Assembly (NCBI GenBank): GCA_963719945.1
Contig: CAVRDX010000004.1
Span: 256,001 to 320,000 of the forward strand
DNA from: an uncultured Thermoplasmata archaeon
GTDB lineage: Archaea; Thermoplasmatota; Thermoplasmata; UBA10834
Length of the DNA: 64,000 nucleotides
Direction of reading: 5' to 3'
The translations under genes were made by a program, and so were the position numbers. Under the pieces are notes generated by a model. It was not told the DNA's origin and made no database searches. It saw nothing but the letters and a program-made list of their open reading frames with translations. Each line of letters begins with the position of its first letter. Position 1 is the first letter of the stretch. Of this stretch, positions 10,213 to 20,664 are shown in pieces.

Positions 10213-11523
10213 ACTAACACCTTCTACTGCCCGATGACCTATTCTGGCCTCATCGGAAAGCTCCTGGAGGCTACAGGAACTTCCGTCGGCGATGTGATAT
10301 CCGTCACCCGTGGCAAGGAGAAGATTACGGGCGTTCTGATGCCGCACCACGAGTTCAGTTCGGAATCGGTCATCACGCTAAAGTTGTCGAACGGTTACAA
10401 CATCGGCGTCCGTATCGACAGCAATTCGCGCATCGAACTGGTTTCAAAGAAGGCTGCCAAGATATCGGTGAGTCGATCGATGCCAGCGAAGGATTCAAAG
10501 AAGGATGTCGCAGTCATAAGCACTGGCGGGACGATCGCATCATATGTCGACTATAGGACCGGCGCGGTCCATCCAGCGAAGTCTGCGGAGGAGCTGGTCT
10601 ATTCTGTGCCTGAGCTGATGGACCTGTGCAATATCCGTGCGAAGGTTCTATACTCGATTCTAAGCGAGAACATGACCGTGAAGCATTGGCAAGGCTTGGC
10701 GAACGCGGTCGCGGACGAACTCAACGCGGGAGCAACGGGCGTCATAGTGCCCCACGGCACGGATACGATGGGGTTCACTTCAGCAGCTCTTTCGTTCATG
10801 CTCAGGAACCTCTCCGGACCTGTGGTCTGCGTGGGTTCCCAGCGCTCATCTGACCGCCCCTCATCGGACGCTAGGATGAACCTGCTTGCAGCCACTCGCC
10901 TATGCGTCGACTCGGACCTGGGCGAGGTCGTCGTGGTAATGCATGGCGAATCCTCCGATTCTTATTGTCATGTCCATCGAGGCACCAAAGTCCGCAAGAT
11001 GCATTCGTCCAGAAGAGATGCCTTCAGGAGCATCAACATCGACCCGATCGCGAAGATCGAAGGGCCAGAGATGAGTTTCATGGGGAAGTATTCCAAACGC
11101 TCATCTGGCCCGGTAGAGGTGCGGGACAAGATGGACCGGAAGGTCAGCCTCCTGTACTTCTATCCCGGTTTCGAGGGAGAGCATTTCGACCTCATCGCGA
11201 GCCATGTGAAAGGCGTGGTCGTGGCTGGCACGGGACTCGGCCATGTGTCCGAGGAGATCACGAAGTCTATCAAGACGGCCGTGGACAATGGGGTCCACGT
11301 GGTCGTGACGAGCCAATGCCTGTCCGGCACAACCAATCTCAATGTCTATTCGACTGGGAGGGACATGGTCGCTGCTGGCGCCCTGCCTGTCGGTGACATG
11401 CTGCCGGAGACGGCGTACGTTAAACTCATGTGGGCACTTGGCCAGGCCAAGGACCATGCGGAAGTCAACAAGCTCATGCTGACCAACATATCCGGAGAGA
11501 TATGCTCGCGGAGGGAGGTCTGA
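10213..11523 (+). CDS. gatD: Glu-tRNA(Gln) amidotransferase subunit D
   Basis: KLSNGYNIG, STGGTIAS, HGTDT and SQRSSDRPSSD; adjacent to gatE. Start placed at ATG 10213. Confidence 0.95.
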   Translation, partial: TNTFYCPMTYSGLIGKLLEATGTSVGDVISVTRGKEKITGVLMPHHEFSSESVITLKLSNGYNIGVRIDSNSRIELVSKKAAKISVSRSMPAKDSKKDVAVISTGGTIASYVDYRTGAVHPAKSAEELVYSVPELMDLCNIRAKVLYSILSENMTVKHWQGLANAVADELNAGATGVIVPHGTDTMGFTSAALSFMLRNLSGPVVCVGSQRSSDRPSSDARMNLLAATRLCVDSDLGEVVVVMHGESSDSYCHVHRGTKVRKMHSSRRDAFRSINIDPIAKIEGPEMSFMGKYSKRSSGPVEVRDKMDRKVSLLYFYPGFEGEHFDLIASHVKGVVVAGTGLGHVSEEITKSIKTAVDNGVHVVVTSQCLSGTTNLNVYSTGRDMVAAGALPVGDMLPETAYVKLMWALGQAKDHAEVNKLMLTNISGEICSRREV

Positions 11524-11524
11524 C

Positions 11525-13399
11525 ATGGACTACAAGAACCTCGGTCTCAGGGTGGGCATCGAGATACACCAACAGCTGAGCACGGGTAAGCTGTTCTGTA
11601 ATTGCGATTCGGAGCTCGTAGACGAGCATCACAAGGAATTCGTGAGGAACCTTCGGCCCACGCAGAGCGAGCTGGGCGAGATAGACAAGGCTGCGCTCGA
11701 AGAGGCCGAGAGGAAGCTCCAGTTCAGGTATCAGACTGTCCCGTGCTCGTGCCTGGTAGAGGCGGACGAGGAGCCGCCGCACGACGCCAACAGGTTGGCG
11801 ATCGAGGCGTCCTTGGAGATGGCTCTGCTCCTGGGGACGATACCGGCGGACGAGATACACTTCATGCGGAAGATCGTGATCGATGGATCCAACACGGGAG
11901 GGTTCCAGCGAACCGCGCTCATAGCCACGAAGGGGAGCTTGGAGCTCCATGGTAAACGGTTCGGCATGTCCTCGATATGTCTCGAGGAGGACGCTGCGAG
12001 GAAGATGACCGAGCACGCGTCCGAGGTCACATACAGGTTGGACCGGCTCGGGATACCGCTGATAGAGATCGCGACGGATCCTGACATGTCGACACCTGAG
12101 GAGGCCAGGGCCGTTGCAGCCAGGTTGGGCGCGCTGTTGAGAGCTACCAAGAAGGTCAGGCGCGGCATCGGCACGATCCGCGAGGACCTCAACATATCCA
12201 TCGCTGGCGGAGCGAGGGTGGAAATCAAAGGCGCACAGGACCTGCGCCTGATACCAGTATATGTCGAGGAGGAGGTCAAGAGACAGCTCGCACTCCTGGA
12301 TGTGAAGGATGTCCTGAGAAAACGAGGTGCGAAACCCGTAACCGCCGATATCAAGGACCTGTCCGGACTCTTGAGGGGCACAAGCTGCAAGGTGCTACGG
12401 TCTGCTCTGGATTCAGGCGGCAGGGTGCTTGGCATCAGACTTCAGAAATTCGCAGGCACCCTGGGACGAACGGATGCAGGTGTCAAACGGCTGGGCGCCG
12501 AGATTGCCGCACACGCTCGTGTGGCCGGAGTCAAAGGGCTGTTCCATTCGGATGAGCTTCCAGGATATGGCATAAGCCGGTCGGAGGTCGAGGATATCGG
12601 CACGATGTTGTCTGCGGAGGCTGAGGATGCATTCGTGCTCGTGGCTGATTCCGAGGAGAGATCGAGGGCCGCCCTCATCCGCGCGGTGGACCGCGCAAAC
12701 GTCGGCATATCCGGAGTTCCTGAGGAGACCAGGGACCCGCTTCCGGATGGTCAGTCCGTGTACAGCAGACCGCTCCCGGGAAAGGATAGGATGTACCCCG
12801 AGACGGATGTGAAACCTATCCTGATCTGCGAGAAGGTGCTGAAGTGCATCGAACTCAACCTCCCCGAGTTGCCTGAGGAGAAGATCTCAAGGTTGGCGAA
12901 GGTGTATTCCATCAACAAGGAGCAGGTCGAAGCGCTGATCAACAACGCCAACGATGACGAGTTCGAGCTGCTCGCCGGTAGCATGGGAAACGCCCCAGTG
13001 GTCGCGAGGATATACCTCAACATATTCCCTGAGCTAGAGAAGGCCGGTCTGGATCCGAGCAACGTGAAGGTGGAGATAGTCCGTGAGCTGCTCTCCGCCC
13101 TCGATAAGGGGTCCTTCGCGAAGGAGGCGATTCCGGACATACTGCTCTGGATGCTCAAGAACAATGTCTGGGACGTCGAGAAGGCATCCGAGTCGCTCGG
13201 AGTGTCATCCGTCGAACTGTCCGATGTGCGCTCGATCTGCGAGCGAGTGGTGAAGGAGCGCGAGACTTTCATAAAGGAGCGGGGCAAGAGTGCCCTGGGG
13301 CCGATAATGGGTATCGTTATGAAGGAACTCCGCGGAAGAGTTGACGGAAAGGTCATCAGTGAGATTTTGAACGAGAAGATAGAACAGCTCCTGAGTTGA
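11525..13399 (+). CDS. gatE: Glu-tRNA(Gln) amidotransferase subunit E
   Basis: GIEIHQQL, KLFC, MRKIVIDGSNTGGFQRT, LDRLGIPLIEI and RMYPETD. Confidence 0.96.
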   Translation: MDYKNLGLRVGIEIHQQLSTGKLFCNCDSELVDEHHKEFVRNLRPTQSELGEIDKAALEEAERKLQFRYQTVPCSCLVEADEEPPHDANRLAIEASLEMALLLGTIPADEIHFMRKIVIDGSNTGGFQRTALIATKGSLELHGKRFGMSSICLEEDAARKMTEHASEVTYRLDRLGIPLIEIATDPDMSTPEEARAVAARLGALLRATKKVRRGIGTIREDLNISIAGGARVEIKGAQDLRLIPVYVEEEVKRQLALLDVKDVLRKRGAKPVTADIKDLSGLLRGTSCKVLRSALDSGGRVLGIRLQKFAGTLGRTDAGVKRLGAEIAAHARVAGVKGLFHSDELPGYGISRSEVEDIGTMLSAEAEDAFVLVADSEERSRAALIRAVDRANVGISGVPEETRDPLPDGQSVYSRPLPGKDRMYPETDVKPILICEKVLKCIELNLPELPEEKISRLAKVYSINKEQVEALINNANDDEFELLAGSMGNAPVVARIYLNIFPELEKAGLDPSNVKVEIVRELLSALDKGSFAKEAIPDILLWMLKNNVWDVEKASESLGVSSVELSDVRSICERVVKERETFIKERGKSALGPIMGIVMKELRGRVDGKVISEILNEKIEQLLS

Positions 13400-13544
13400 A
13401 GTCCTTCTTCGCGAGCACCGTGAGGAAGTCCTTGCAGTACTCGATTGCTGCCCCAGAGTTTTTCTCTTGGCAGGTCAGGAAGCTCTTGCAGAGCTCGTCG
13501 AGGTCTTCCTGGTTGTTGTACTTCCTCTTCTTCTCAACGGTCAC
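13356..13544 (-). CDS. Small hypothetical protein (~62 aa)
   Basis: Host-like C/G-ending codons; GGAGAGG upstream of GTG 13544; lies downstream of the HemK2 gene; 3' end overlaps gatE. Confidence 0.45.
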   Translation of the reverse strand: MTVEKKRKYNNQEDLDELCKSFLTCQEKNSGAAIEYCKDFLTVLAKKDFNSGAVLSSRSKSH

Positions 13545-13611
13545 GGGAACCCTCTCCTGAAGGGATTCTCCCAATCGGGGCTGTGCCTAATAATACTTCT
13601 CGCTTACATTC

Positions 13612-14217
13612 TCAAGGACTGCCAATCTTCCGAACCAGTCTGTACGCGAATATCGACTCGAAGAACATGTGCTTCTCCTCGATCATCACAGTCTCGTACT
13701 GCTCCCTAGCTGCCCTGAGAATGCTCCTCAAGCCTCCAAGAGATGAGAGGATCATGAATATCTCCCCTTTCGGTGAGAGATGTCTCCACGCGTCGCCTAG
13801 GAACCCGATGATGACGTCCGACCCGTCCCCCCCTCCTGCCCAGGCCTTCTCCATCCAGCTGGGTGGTCCATCCTCGTCCGGGAGATAGGGTGGGTTGAAC
13901 ACGATCACGTCGAACAGTCCCGGGACCTTCTCGAAAAGGTCACTCTCGACCACATCCATCTTCAAGTCGTTCCGCAACGCGTTCGACCGCGCACACTGGA
14001 CCGCATTCGGGTTGATGTCGACAGCGGTCACCAAGGCCCCGGATTTTGCTGCATGGAGCGCCACTATCCCGCTGCCTGTGCCCATGTCTAGGAGCCTCTT
14101 GTTCGGAGAAATCTCAGTGACCTCCAGTATCAGGTAGGAATCATCACTGGGGTTGTACACTTCTGCGGCGACCTGTATGTCTATCGAATGATCGAGCTTC
14201 ACATGGTCGGTATGCAC
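13612..14217 (-). CDS. HemK2/MTQ2-family protein glutamine methyltransferase
   Basis: VYNPSDDSYL, DMGTGSG, FNPPY and AWAGGGDG. Confidence 0.9.
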   Translation of the reverse strand: MHTDHVKLDHSIDIQVAAEVYNPSDDSYLILEVTEISPNKRLLDMGTGSGIVALHAAKSGALVTAVDINPNAVQCARSNALRNDLKMDVVESDLFEKVPGLFDVIVFNPPYLPDEDGPPSWMEKAWAGGGDGSDVIIGFLGDAWRHLSPKGEIFMILSSLGGLRSILRAAREQYETVMIEEKHMFFESIFAYRLVRKIGSP

Positions 14218-14275
14218 GCCTCCACGATTAAGACTTTACCGAAAGAGGGCATTCTCCCCATCCGGAAGCAGAACA

Positions 14276-15151
14276 ATGGAAGTATACGCCTTCGTCATAG
14301 TGGCTGCAATCATCGCTGCTATCGCCTACTCCTATCTGAAGCAGTTCAGTTTCTCCCTGGTCGCCAGCGCAACCTGCGGTGCAGTGTTCCTGTTCATGCT
14401 TATCGAGGCGGGAAGCTCGAGCCTGATACACTCACAGGCAATCTCAGAGCTCGGCCTCAAACAAAGGGACATAATCGACCCAGAGAGGTTCTACACGGTG
14501 CTCACATCTATGTTCACCCACGCCAGCTTCTTCCATGTATTCATGAACGTGCTCGCCCTGGCATTCCTCGGCATGATCCTGGAACAGCGTATCGGGACTC
14601 GTCAATACATCCTGATATTCTTGTTCGCTGGGGTGTGCGGGACACTCTCATTTGTAGCATTCAGGTGGAACGAGCCAGCAATCCTGGTCGTGGGGGCTTC
14701 CGGGGCGATAAGTGGCATATTAGGCGCGTTGCTCAGACTGTATCCACAGGAACGCATGACTCTGATGTTCTTCCCCGGGATGCCTTTGCCGCTCTGGACA
14801 ATAGTCTTCGGATTCCTGCTTCTTCAGCTTGTTATGCTGGTCGGCGATTACGGAGTCGCGGTGGAATCTCATCTGGGCGGTTTGGTCGCCGGAATGTTCG
14901 CAGCACCTTATTTCGCGAAGGCGCAGATCCGTGGCAGGGAGAAGAGGACAATCCCCGTCTCAGCATTGAGGAAACTAGCCACCACACCGGAGTTAAGAGC
15001 CATGCTGGCTAGGATAGAGGATGAGGAGATCTTTGATGTCAGGAGCGCATGGATCGAGAAGTACATCTCCGTCGCCAAGTGTCCTGTGTGCGGGGCTCCT
15101 CTGAAGTCCCGGAAGGCTGGTCTGTTCTGTGATCGAGGGCACATCCTATGA
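14276..15151 (+). CDS. Rhomboid intramembrane serine protease with C-terminal zinc ribbon
   Basis: SMFTH...H...N, GASGA, HLGG; C-terminal CPVC...CDRGH. Confidence 0.9.
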   Translation: MEVYAFVIVAAIIAAIAYSYLKQFSFSLVASATCGAVFLFMLIEAGSSSLIHSQAISELGLKQRDIIDPERFYTVLTSMFTHASFFHVFMNVLALAFLGMILEQRIGTRQYILIFLFAGVCGTLSFVAFRWNEPAILVVGASGAISGILGALLRLYPQERMTLMFFPGMPLPLWTIVFGFLLLQLVMLVGDYGVAVESHLGGLVAGMFAAPYFAKAQIRGREKRTIPVSALRKLATTPELRAMLARIEDEEIFDVRSAWIEKYISVAKCPVCGAPLKSRKAGLFCDRGHIL

Positions 15152-15741
15152 CCGAGCGGACTTCCCATCCGATCGTAAGGGTTCTCCACCATGGATGGAT
15201 CATCAGGGATGGTCCTAGAGTCGTGGATGCCTCTTCATCCGTCACCCTCATCGAGGAGGATGACCGCTGTTTCCTGGTCGATACGGGAGCGTCCACGGAC
15301 TCGCGCGCGCTCATACGCGCGCTTTTAGAGAACGGCCTTTGCCCTGAGGATATAAACGATGTGGTGAACACTCATCTGCACACCGACCATTGTGGCTGCA
15401 ACGACCTGTTCACCAACGCCCGGTTCCATGCGCACGAATCCGAGTCTCCTCCTATGGGAACCATTCGATTGACCGGGGATGTCGATCTCTCCCCCCATAT
15501 CCGCGTGGTCCATACACCGGGTCATACGAGGGGGTGCGTGTCCGTCTTCGTGGAATCGGATACAAGGTATGCGATATGCGGAGACGCCCTTCCCACGGAG
15601 GCCAATTATCTGTCATGGGGGCCTCCAGGGATACATTTCGACCGCTCCCTCGCCTTGGCGAGCATGGGGCTCATCGTCGGCTGGGCCAAAACCGTGGTCC
15701 CGGGTCACGACAAGCCCTTTAGAGTCATGGGAAAGAAGTAA
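15148..15741 (+). CDS. MBL-fold metallo-hydrolase
   Basis: THLHTDHCG, TPGHT, GD and PGHD motifs. Confidence 0.9.
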   Translation: MTERTSHPIVRVLHHGWIIRDGPRVVDASSSVTLIEEDDRCFLVDTGASTDSRALIRALLENGLCPEDINDVVNTHLHTDHCGCNDLFTNARFHAHESESPPMGTIRLTGDVDLSPHIRVVHTPGHTRGCVSVFVESDTRYAICGDALPTEANYLSWGPPGIHFDRSLALASMGLIVGWAKTVVPGHDKPFRVMGKK

Positions 15742-15766
15742 GACCAAGGACCGCAATGGACTCGTG

Positions 15767-16420
15767 ATGAAAGCAGTACCTGCGTCCATATCCGCCGAAT
15801 GTCCTATATGTCGGGAGGAGACCCTTCACGAGATACTCACGGGCAAGGTGGCAGGCAAGTCCAAAGCGGTCTTGGACTGTACCGCCAAATGTCGTCAGTG
15901 CGGACAGGTTCATCATGTCGTCTTGAGCGAGGACAAGCCGGTCGAGATACCGGTCATCGTCAGCTGGCTCGAGTCTTCCAAGAAGACCTCGGTGGTTTTC
16001 GGTCCGGACGAGATGATATTCGTGGATGATGAGATCATGTGTGCGGAGATTCCAGCGCTCATAACATCCATCGAGTCCAAGGGCGCCCGCGTGAAACGAT
16101 GCAAGGCCAAGAACATCGATACGATCTGGGCCAAGAAGTTCGACAAGATCCGCGTACCATTTTCCATCAATCATCAGGGCAAGAGCCGCTCCGATCATGT
16201 CATGGCGCTCCCGGACGAGGAGTTCTACATCGGTGACATGCTCGAGATCAGCAAGAGGCAGGTCGTCATCCACTCTATAAAGATCGAACAGAGGGTCCTC
16301 AGACGCGGCTCGGCGCTGGCCAGGGACATAGTCAGGGTCTACGGCAACATAGTCAGGAGGACGGATCAGAACATGCCGCGTCCTCCACGCCCTACGCGCC
16401 CTCCAAGGTTTAAATCGTAA
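15767..16420 (+). CDS. HVO_0476-family zinc-finger protein
   Basis: CPIC...HEIL...CRQCGQVH, ITSIE...TIWAK; directly upstream of pcm. Start reassigned to ATG 15767. Confidence 0.8.
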   Translation: MKAVPASISAECPICREETLHEILTGKVAGKSKAVLDCTAKCRQCGQVHHVVLSEDKPVEIPVIVSWLESSKKTSVVFGPDEMIFVDDEIMCAEIPALITSIESKGARVKRCKAKNIDTIWAKKFDKIRVPFSINHQGKSRSDHVMALPDEEFYIGDMLEISKRQVVIHSIKIEQRVLRRGSALARDIVRVYGNIVRRTDQNMPRPPRPTRPPRFKS

Positions 16421-16440
16421 TAGCCCCCTCTTATCGTACG

Positions 16441-17103
16441 ATGGACTTCGAAAGGGCTAGAACGGAGCTCGTGGCGCATCTGAGGCGGAGCCGCTTCCTC
16501 AAGGATGATCGGGTAGCGGATGCGATGCTGAAGGTGCCTAGGGAGGAGTTCGTCCCGAGCTCGATGCGGGAAGAAGCGTACACTGACTCCCCGCTCCCGA
16601 TCGGTTCCGGGCAGACTATATCCGCCCCTCACATGGTCGCCATGATGGCGGAAGCATCGCAGCTCAAGAGTGGGCAGAAAGTGCTCGAGATAGGCGCCGG
16701 GTCTGGATATCACGCGGCTGTGGTAGCTGAGCTTGTCCGACCAGGTGGGAAGGTGTTCACGGTCGAGCGGATATCGTCTCTGGCGAGATTCGCGGATGAC
16801 AACATAAATCGCACTGGATATGGCGATACCGTGCGGATAATCTGCGGCGACGGCTCAAACGGTCTTCCGGAGGAGGCACCTTTCGACAGGATATTCGTCG
16901 CGTGCGCCGCGCCTGATATACCTGGGCCGTTGAAGGCTCAGCTGACCGATGGCGGGAGATTGTTGGTGCCTGTCGGAGGTCGATATTTCCAGAACCTGAT
17001 GCTTGTGGAACGTAAAGGTTCGAAGTTCAATCAGGAGGATCTCGGAGGTTGCGTGTTCGTTCCGCTCATAGGTGACCACGGCTATCGAACATCGTTTATG
17101 TGA
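16441..17103 (+). CDS. pcm: Protein-L-isoaspartate O-methyltransferase
   Basis: VPREEFV, GQTISAPHMVA, LEIGAGSGY, APFDRI and FVPL. Confidence 0.95.
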   Translation: MDFERARTELVAHLRRSRFLKDDRVADAMLKVPREEFVPSSMREEAYTDSPLPIGSGQTISAPHMVAMMAEASQLKSGQKVLEIGAGSGYHAAVVAELVRPGGKVFTVERISSLARFADDNINRTGYGDTVRIICGDGSNGLPEEAPFDRIFVACAAPDIPGPLKAQLTDGGRLLVPVGGRYFQNLMLVERKGSKFNQEDLGGCVFVPLIGDHGYRTSFM

Positions 17104-17729
17104 TCCAGTATTCTGCTGAGGTCCCGTCCCTCTACCACGATATCCGCCCGCGCCCTCACATCTTCATCCTCCGGAGAGAACGCGATGCCTATCGAAGAAG
17201 CCTCGAACATCGTGACATCGTACCGGGAGTTGCCCACGCTCACGATGTCCTTCTGTTCTATCCCGAGGCGACGGGCGGTTTCGGTGACAGTGTTGCCTTT
17301 GTCCATCAGCCTCACTCGCAAGATGCCTTCACCGGACAAGCGGTCCTGGGCATCCGTCTCGAGGCCGTTTGCGAATTGCATGTCCATGCCTAGCTGCTGG
17401 CATATGCGTTCGGAAAGCAGGTCGATGCCGGCCGATACTATGATGGTTATATGACCCGCCTCCTTCAGGAGCGAGACCGTCTTTTCGGCTCCATTCATCA
17501 GGGGCGCATCATCGAGCATCTTCCTGATGGCCTCTCGCGTGATCCCTGGGTCCTTCTCACGCCACAGCTCGATGTCCCTTCGGATGAACTCGCGGTCGTC
17601 TATCTCACCTCTGAGATACGCGTAGAGTGAATGGTTGTTGTTCACGCCGAACTTGCGGTGGACGAAGACCCAAGAGCTGTCGACATCGGCGAGCACACCG
17701 TCCATGTCGAACACTACCAGCTTTGTCAC
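17082..17729 (-). CDS. HAD-superfamily phosphatase (phosphoserine phosphatase-like, subfamily IB)
   Basis: FDMDGVL, IVSAG, FAN and VGNSRYD; start at GTG 17729. Confidence 0.85.
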   Translation of the reverse strand: MTKLVVFDMDGVLADVDSSWVFVHRKFGVNNNHSLYAYLRGEIDDREFIRRDIELWREKDPGITREAIRKMLDDAPLMNGAEKTVSLLKEAGHITIIVSAGIDLLSERICQQLGMDMQFANGLETDAQDRLSGEGILRVRLMDKGNTVTETARRLGIEQKDIVSVGNSRYDVTMFEASSIGIAFSPEDEDVRARADIVVEGRDLSRILDHINDVR

Positions 17730-17783
17730 AGCCAGCCAATGGAACGAAGGTTTATTAAAAGCATCTTCCGATGGAGACCGTCG

Positions 17784-18488
17784 ATGATAACGCTGGTCGG
17801 AGTCGGGCACGTGTTTGCCATATCAGACAATCTGAAGGATATCATTCGCTCGAAGAACCCCGAAGTGGTGTGCCTGGAACTCGATGCAGCGCGGTTCAAT
17901 TCGTTGATGAGCAAGAACCAGAGCAAGAAGGTCCCGCTGCAGTACATGGTGCTTGCCAGCATCCAGCGCCGCATGGCCAACAAATTCGGGTCCGAGGTCG
18001 GCGACGAGATGTTGGCGGCCTTTGGCGCCGCCCGGGAGATCGGTGCAAAGGTGGCGTTGATCGACATGGAGGCCTCGATGGTCTTCAACAAGATGTGGCG
18101 CGCGATGTCTCTGAAGGAGAAGGTCAACTTGTTCATTGGGGCGCTCATAGGTCTGGTGGCCTCCAAAGAGAAGGTCGAGCACGAGCTGGATGCGTATGCG
18201 GGTAACGAGGCGAAGTACCTGGACACGTTGGGGGAGCAGTTCCCGTCCATCAAGAGGGTGCTCCTGGACGACAGAAACGTCTACATGGCGGAGCGCCTAG
18301 TATCGTTGGCGACCAAGCATCAGAATATACTGGCAATCGTCGGAGATGGCCACATCTCAGGCCTGACCGCTGCTTTGGCCGGCCAAGAGGTAGAGACCAT
18401 CAGACTGAAGGATGTGCGGGATGGGTCTGCAATACCCGAGGGCTCGTCCACTGATTATTCAATCAGCTACCGGTACGACATCCAGTGA
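17784..18488 (+). CDS. TraB/PrgY/GumN family protein
   Basis: LVGVGHV, VCLELD, GDEM, LLDDRNVYMA and VGDGH. Confidence 0.85.
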   Translation: MITLVGVGHVFAISDNLKDIIRSKNPEVVCLELDAARFNSLMSKNQSKKVPLQYMVLASIQRRMANKFGSEVGDEMLAAFGAAREIGAKVALIDMEASMVFNKMWRAMSLKEKVNLFIGALIGLVASKEKVEHELDAYAGNEAKYLDTLGEQFPSIKRVLLDDRNVYMAERLVSLATKHQNILAIVGDGHISGLTAALAGQEVETIRLKDVRDGSAIPEGSSTDYSISYRYDIQ

Positions 18489-18590
18489 TCCGCCGCGCGG
18501 TCCATCTTCGCCGTCAGTCATATCCGGCATCCCTCGTGAAAAGCATTTAGGTAGGTAAGTGGTTTAGCGGGACGCTCAGCGGGGATATCC

Positions 18591-19307
18591 TTGAATGTGA
18601 GATTGCTGAACTACACCAAGAACCCGGACAAGGTATGTGCGGCAGCGGCACAATCGTGCTACTCTGAGAAGGGTGCTGGTGAACTGTTCGATACTACGGC
18701 CGATGAGCGTGCCGAGAAGATGATCACGAAGGTCGTCGGTATGGGACATCTATCGGTCGTGGAGCACGCCTATTTCACATTCAGCATCGAGGGTGTATCC
18801 AGATCCCTCACGCACCAGCTCGTCAGGCACAGGATCGCCTCCTATTCTCAGCAGAGCCAGAGATATGTCGGCATGGCCAAGGCCGAATATGTGCTCCCTC
18901 CGTCGGTAGCGGGCGATGATGATGCGAGGAGGAAGTACACGCAGGCGATGGACGCGGCCTGGAAGGCCTATCGTGAACTCGCCGAGATCGTGCCCAAGGA
19001 AGATGCCCGATACGTGCTCCCGAACGCATGCCACACGAACATAACGGTCACCATGAACGCGCGCGAGCTCTGGCACCTGTTCAGGCTCCGATGCTGCCGG
19101 AGGGCACAATGGGAGATACGCATGATGGCCTGGAAGATGCTGGAAGAGGCGAAGAAGGTCGCTCCCATACTCTTCGAGAACGCAGGACCTGGCTGCTTTG
19201 CTGGACCATGCCCTGAGGGGGAGTATTCGTGCGGAAAACCCTACAGGCGCGGTCAGATGCCCTCGGACGAGGAATTGCTGGTCGAGAGCGCCAAACCAAG
19301 TGGTTGA
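18591..19307 (+). CDS. thyX: FAD-dependent thymidylate synthase
   Basis: GHLSVVEH, HQLVRHRIASYSQQSQRY, EDARYVLP and AQWEIR. Confidence 0.96.
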   Translation: MNVRLLNYTKNPDKVCAAAAQSCYSEKGAGELFDTTADERAEKMITKVVGMGHLSVVEHAYFTFSIEGVSRSLTHQLVRHRIASYSQQSQRYVGMAKAEYVLPPSVAGDDDARRKYTQAMDAAWKAYRELAEIVPKEDARYVLPNACHTNITVTMNARELWHLFRLRCCRRAQWEIRMMAWKMLEEAKKVAPILFENAGPGCFAGPCPEGEYSCGKPYRRGQMPSDEELLVESAKPSG

Positions 19308-19395
19308 ATATTCTGGCTATTATCACAACGGGAAGGCCGCTGTCCGCAAACCATATATATACCCTTCTCATTCGGAGAGTTTCACGGTGAGCCTC

Positions 19396-19587
19396 ATGGG
19401 AAACATCAGGCCGACATACATCAAGAGGGTAGCAATCGAACTGGTTCAGAAGTACCCTGAGCAGTTCTCTGGTGACTACCAACACAACAAAGAGATGGTG
19501 TCAAAACTCACTGATGTACGGTCGATCTCAATGAGGAACAAGATTGCTGGGTATGTGACGCGATACCGTACCCACTACGAAGCCTGA
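19396..19587 (+). CDS. rps17e: 30S ribosomal protein S17e
   Basis: MGNIRPTYIKR...RNKIAGYVTR; TATA-like ATATATA and GGTGA upstream. Confidence 0.95.
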   Translation: MGNIRPTYIKRVAIELVQKYPEQFSGDYQHNKEMVSKLTDVRSISMRNKIAGYVTRYRTHYEA

Positions 19588-19686
19588 TATTGCGCCTATC
19601 ATCGGCGGTCCTCAAACCGGTTGATATTTTCATCTGGGCGTACCACGCCTATATAGCCATCAAATGATGTTCGAGTGTGCATAACT

Positions 19687-20664
19687 ATGCATCAATACGC
19701 GGTCGAAACACAATCACTGACACGTGTCTTCACACCAAAGAAGCGAGACGGGGAACCAGTCCACGCCCTCAACTCAGTCGATCTCAAGATAGAGACCGGA
19801 GAGCTGTTCGGCCTGCTTGGCCCGAACGGGGCCGGCAAGACCACGCTTCTCAAGATACTCTGCACACTGCTTCTGCCGACATCGGGCAAGGCATTCGTTG
19901 CGGGTCTTGACGTCGAGACTCAGTACCATGGTATACGAACGAAGATCAACATGGTCAGTGGCGGTGAGATGTCCGGGTACGGGCTACTGACGGTCAGGGA
20001 GAACCTGTGGATGTTCTCGCAGTTCTACGGCATCAAGAGCCAGGTCGCCAAGGACAAGATAGACGGCCTTTTGGAGACCTTCGGGATGACTGACAAGAGC
20101 AAAGCGAAGTTGAGGACGCTGTCCACTGGTCAGCGCCAGAAGATGAATGTGATAAGGGGCTTCGTAACCGACCCTGATATCATATTCCTTGACGAACCGA
20201 CACTTGGTCTGGACGTCAATGCCAGTCGCGTCATCAGGACATTCATCCTCGACTGGCTTAAAGACAACCCCAGCAAAACTGTCGTTCTCACGACCCATTA
20301 CATGGCAGAGGCCGACGAGCTCTGCGACAGGATCGCCATCATCGACCAGGGTGGGATACTCGCATGTGACACCCCTGAGCGGCTGAAGCGGACTGTCAGG
20401 ATGAACACGACCCTCAGCATGGATGTGACCCTGATGAAGAACAGGAAGGTCTTCGAGGGGTTGAAAGGGGTCGAGCAAGTAACGTTCATCGATGATTCAG
20501 AACGCAATCAGACGCATGTGAAATTCGTCGTTCAGGACGATTCCTGCGTCTCGGACATAGTCTCTGGCGTGCTCGATCAGGGTTCCAAGATAATCTCGCT
20601 TCAGAAGACTGAACCGACCCTCGAGGACGTGTTCATCAAGATGGTTGGTAAGGGATTCGAATGA
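19687..20664 (+). CDS. ABC exporter ATP-binding subunit (DrrA-like)
   Basis: GPNGAGKTT, LSTGQRQK, FLDEPT, TTH and C-terminal PTLEDVF. Confidence 0.92.
   Translation: MHQYAVETQSLTRVFTPKKRDGEPVHALNSVDLKIETGELFGLLGPNGAGKTTLLKILCTLLLPTSGKAFVAGLDVETQYHGIRTKINMVSGGEMSGYGLLTVRENLWMFSQFYGIKSQVAKDKIDGLLETFGMTDKSKAKLRTLSTGQRQKMNVIRGFVTDPDIIFLDEPTLGLDVNASRVIRTFILDWLKDNPSKTVVLTTHYMAEADELCDRIAIIDQGGILACDTPERLKRTVRMNTTLSMDVTLMKNRKVFEGLKGVEQVTFIDDSERNQTHVKFVVQDDSCVSDIVSGVLDQGSKIISLQKTEPTLEDVFIKMVGKGFE

Noticed and set aside
15479-15766. Long N-terminal extensions in the ORF track (also 17631, 19198, 24981, 25532, 44055, 46272, 54618, 62617)
   Set aside because: They overlap neighbouring genes or promoters; family-typical starts lie downstream, several with a clear RBS.
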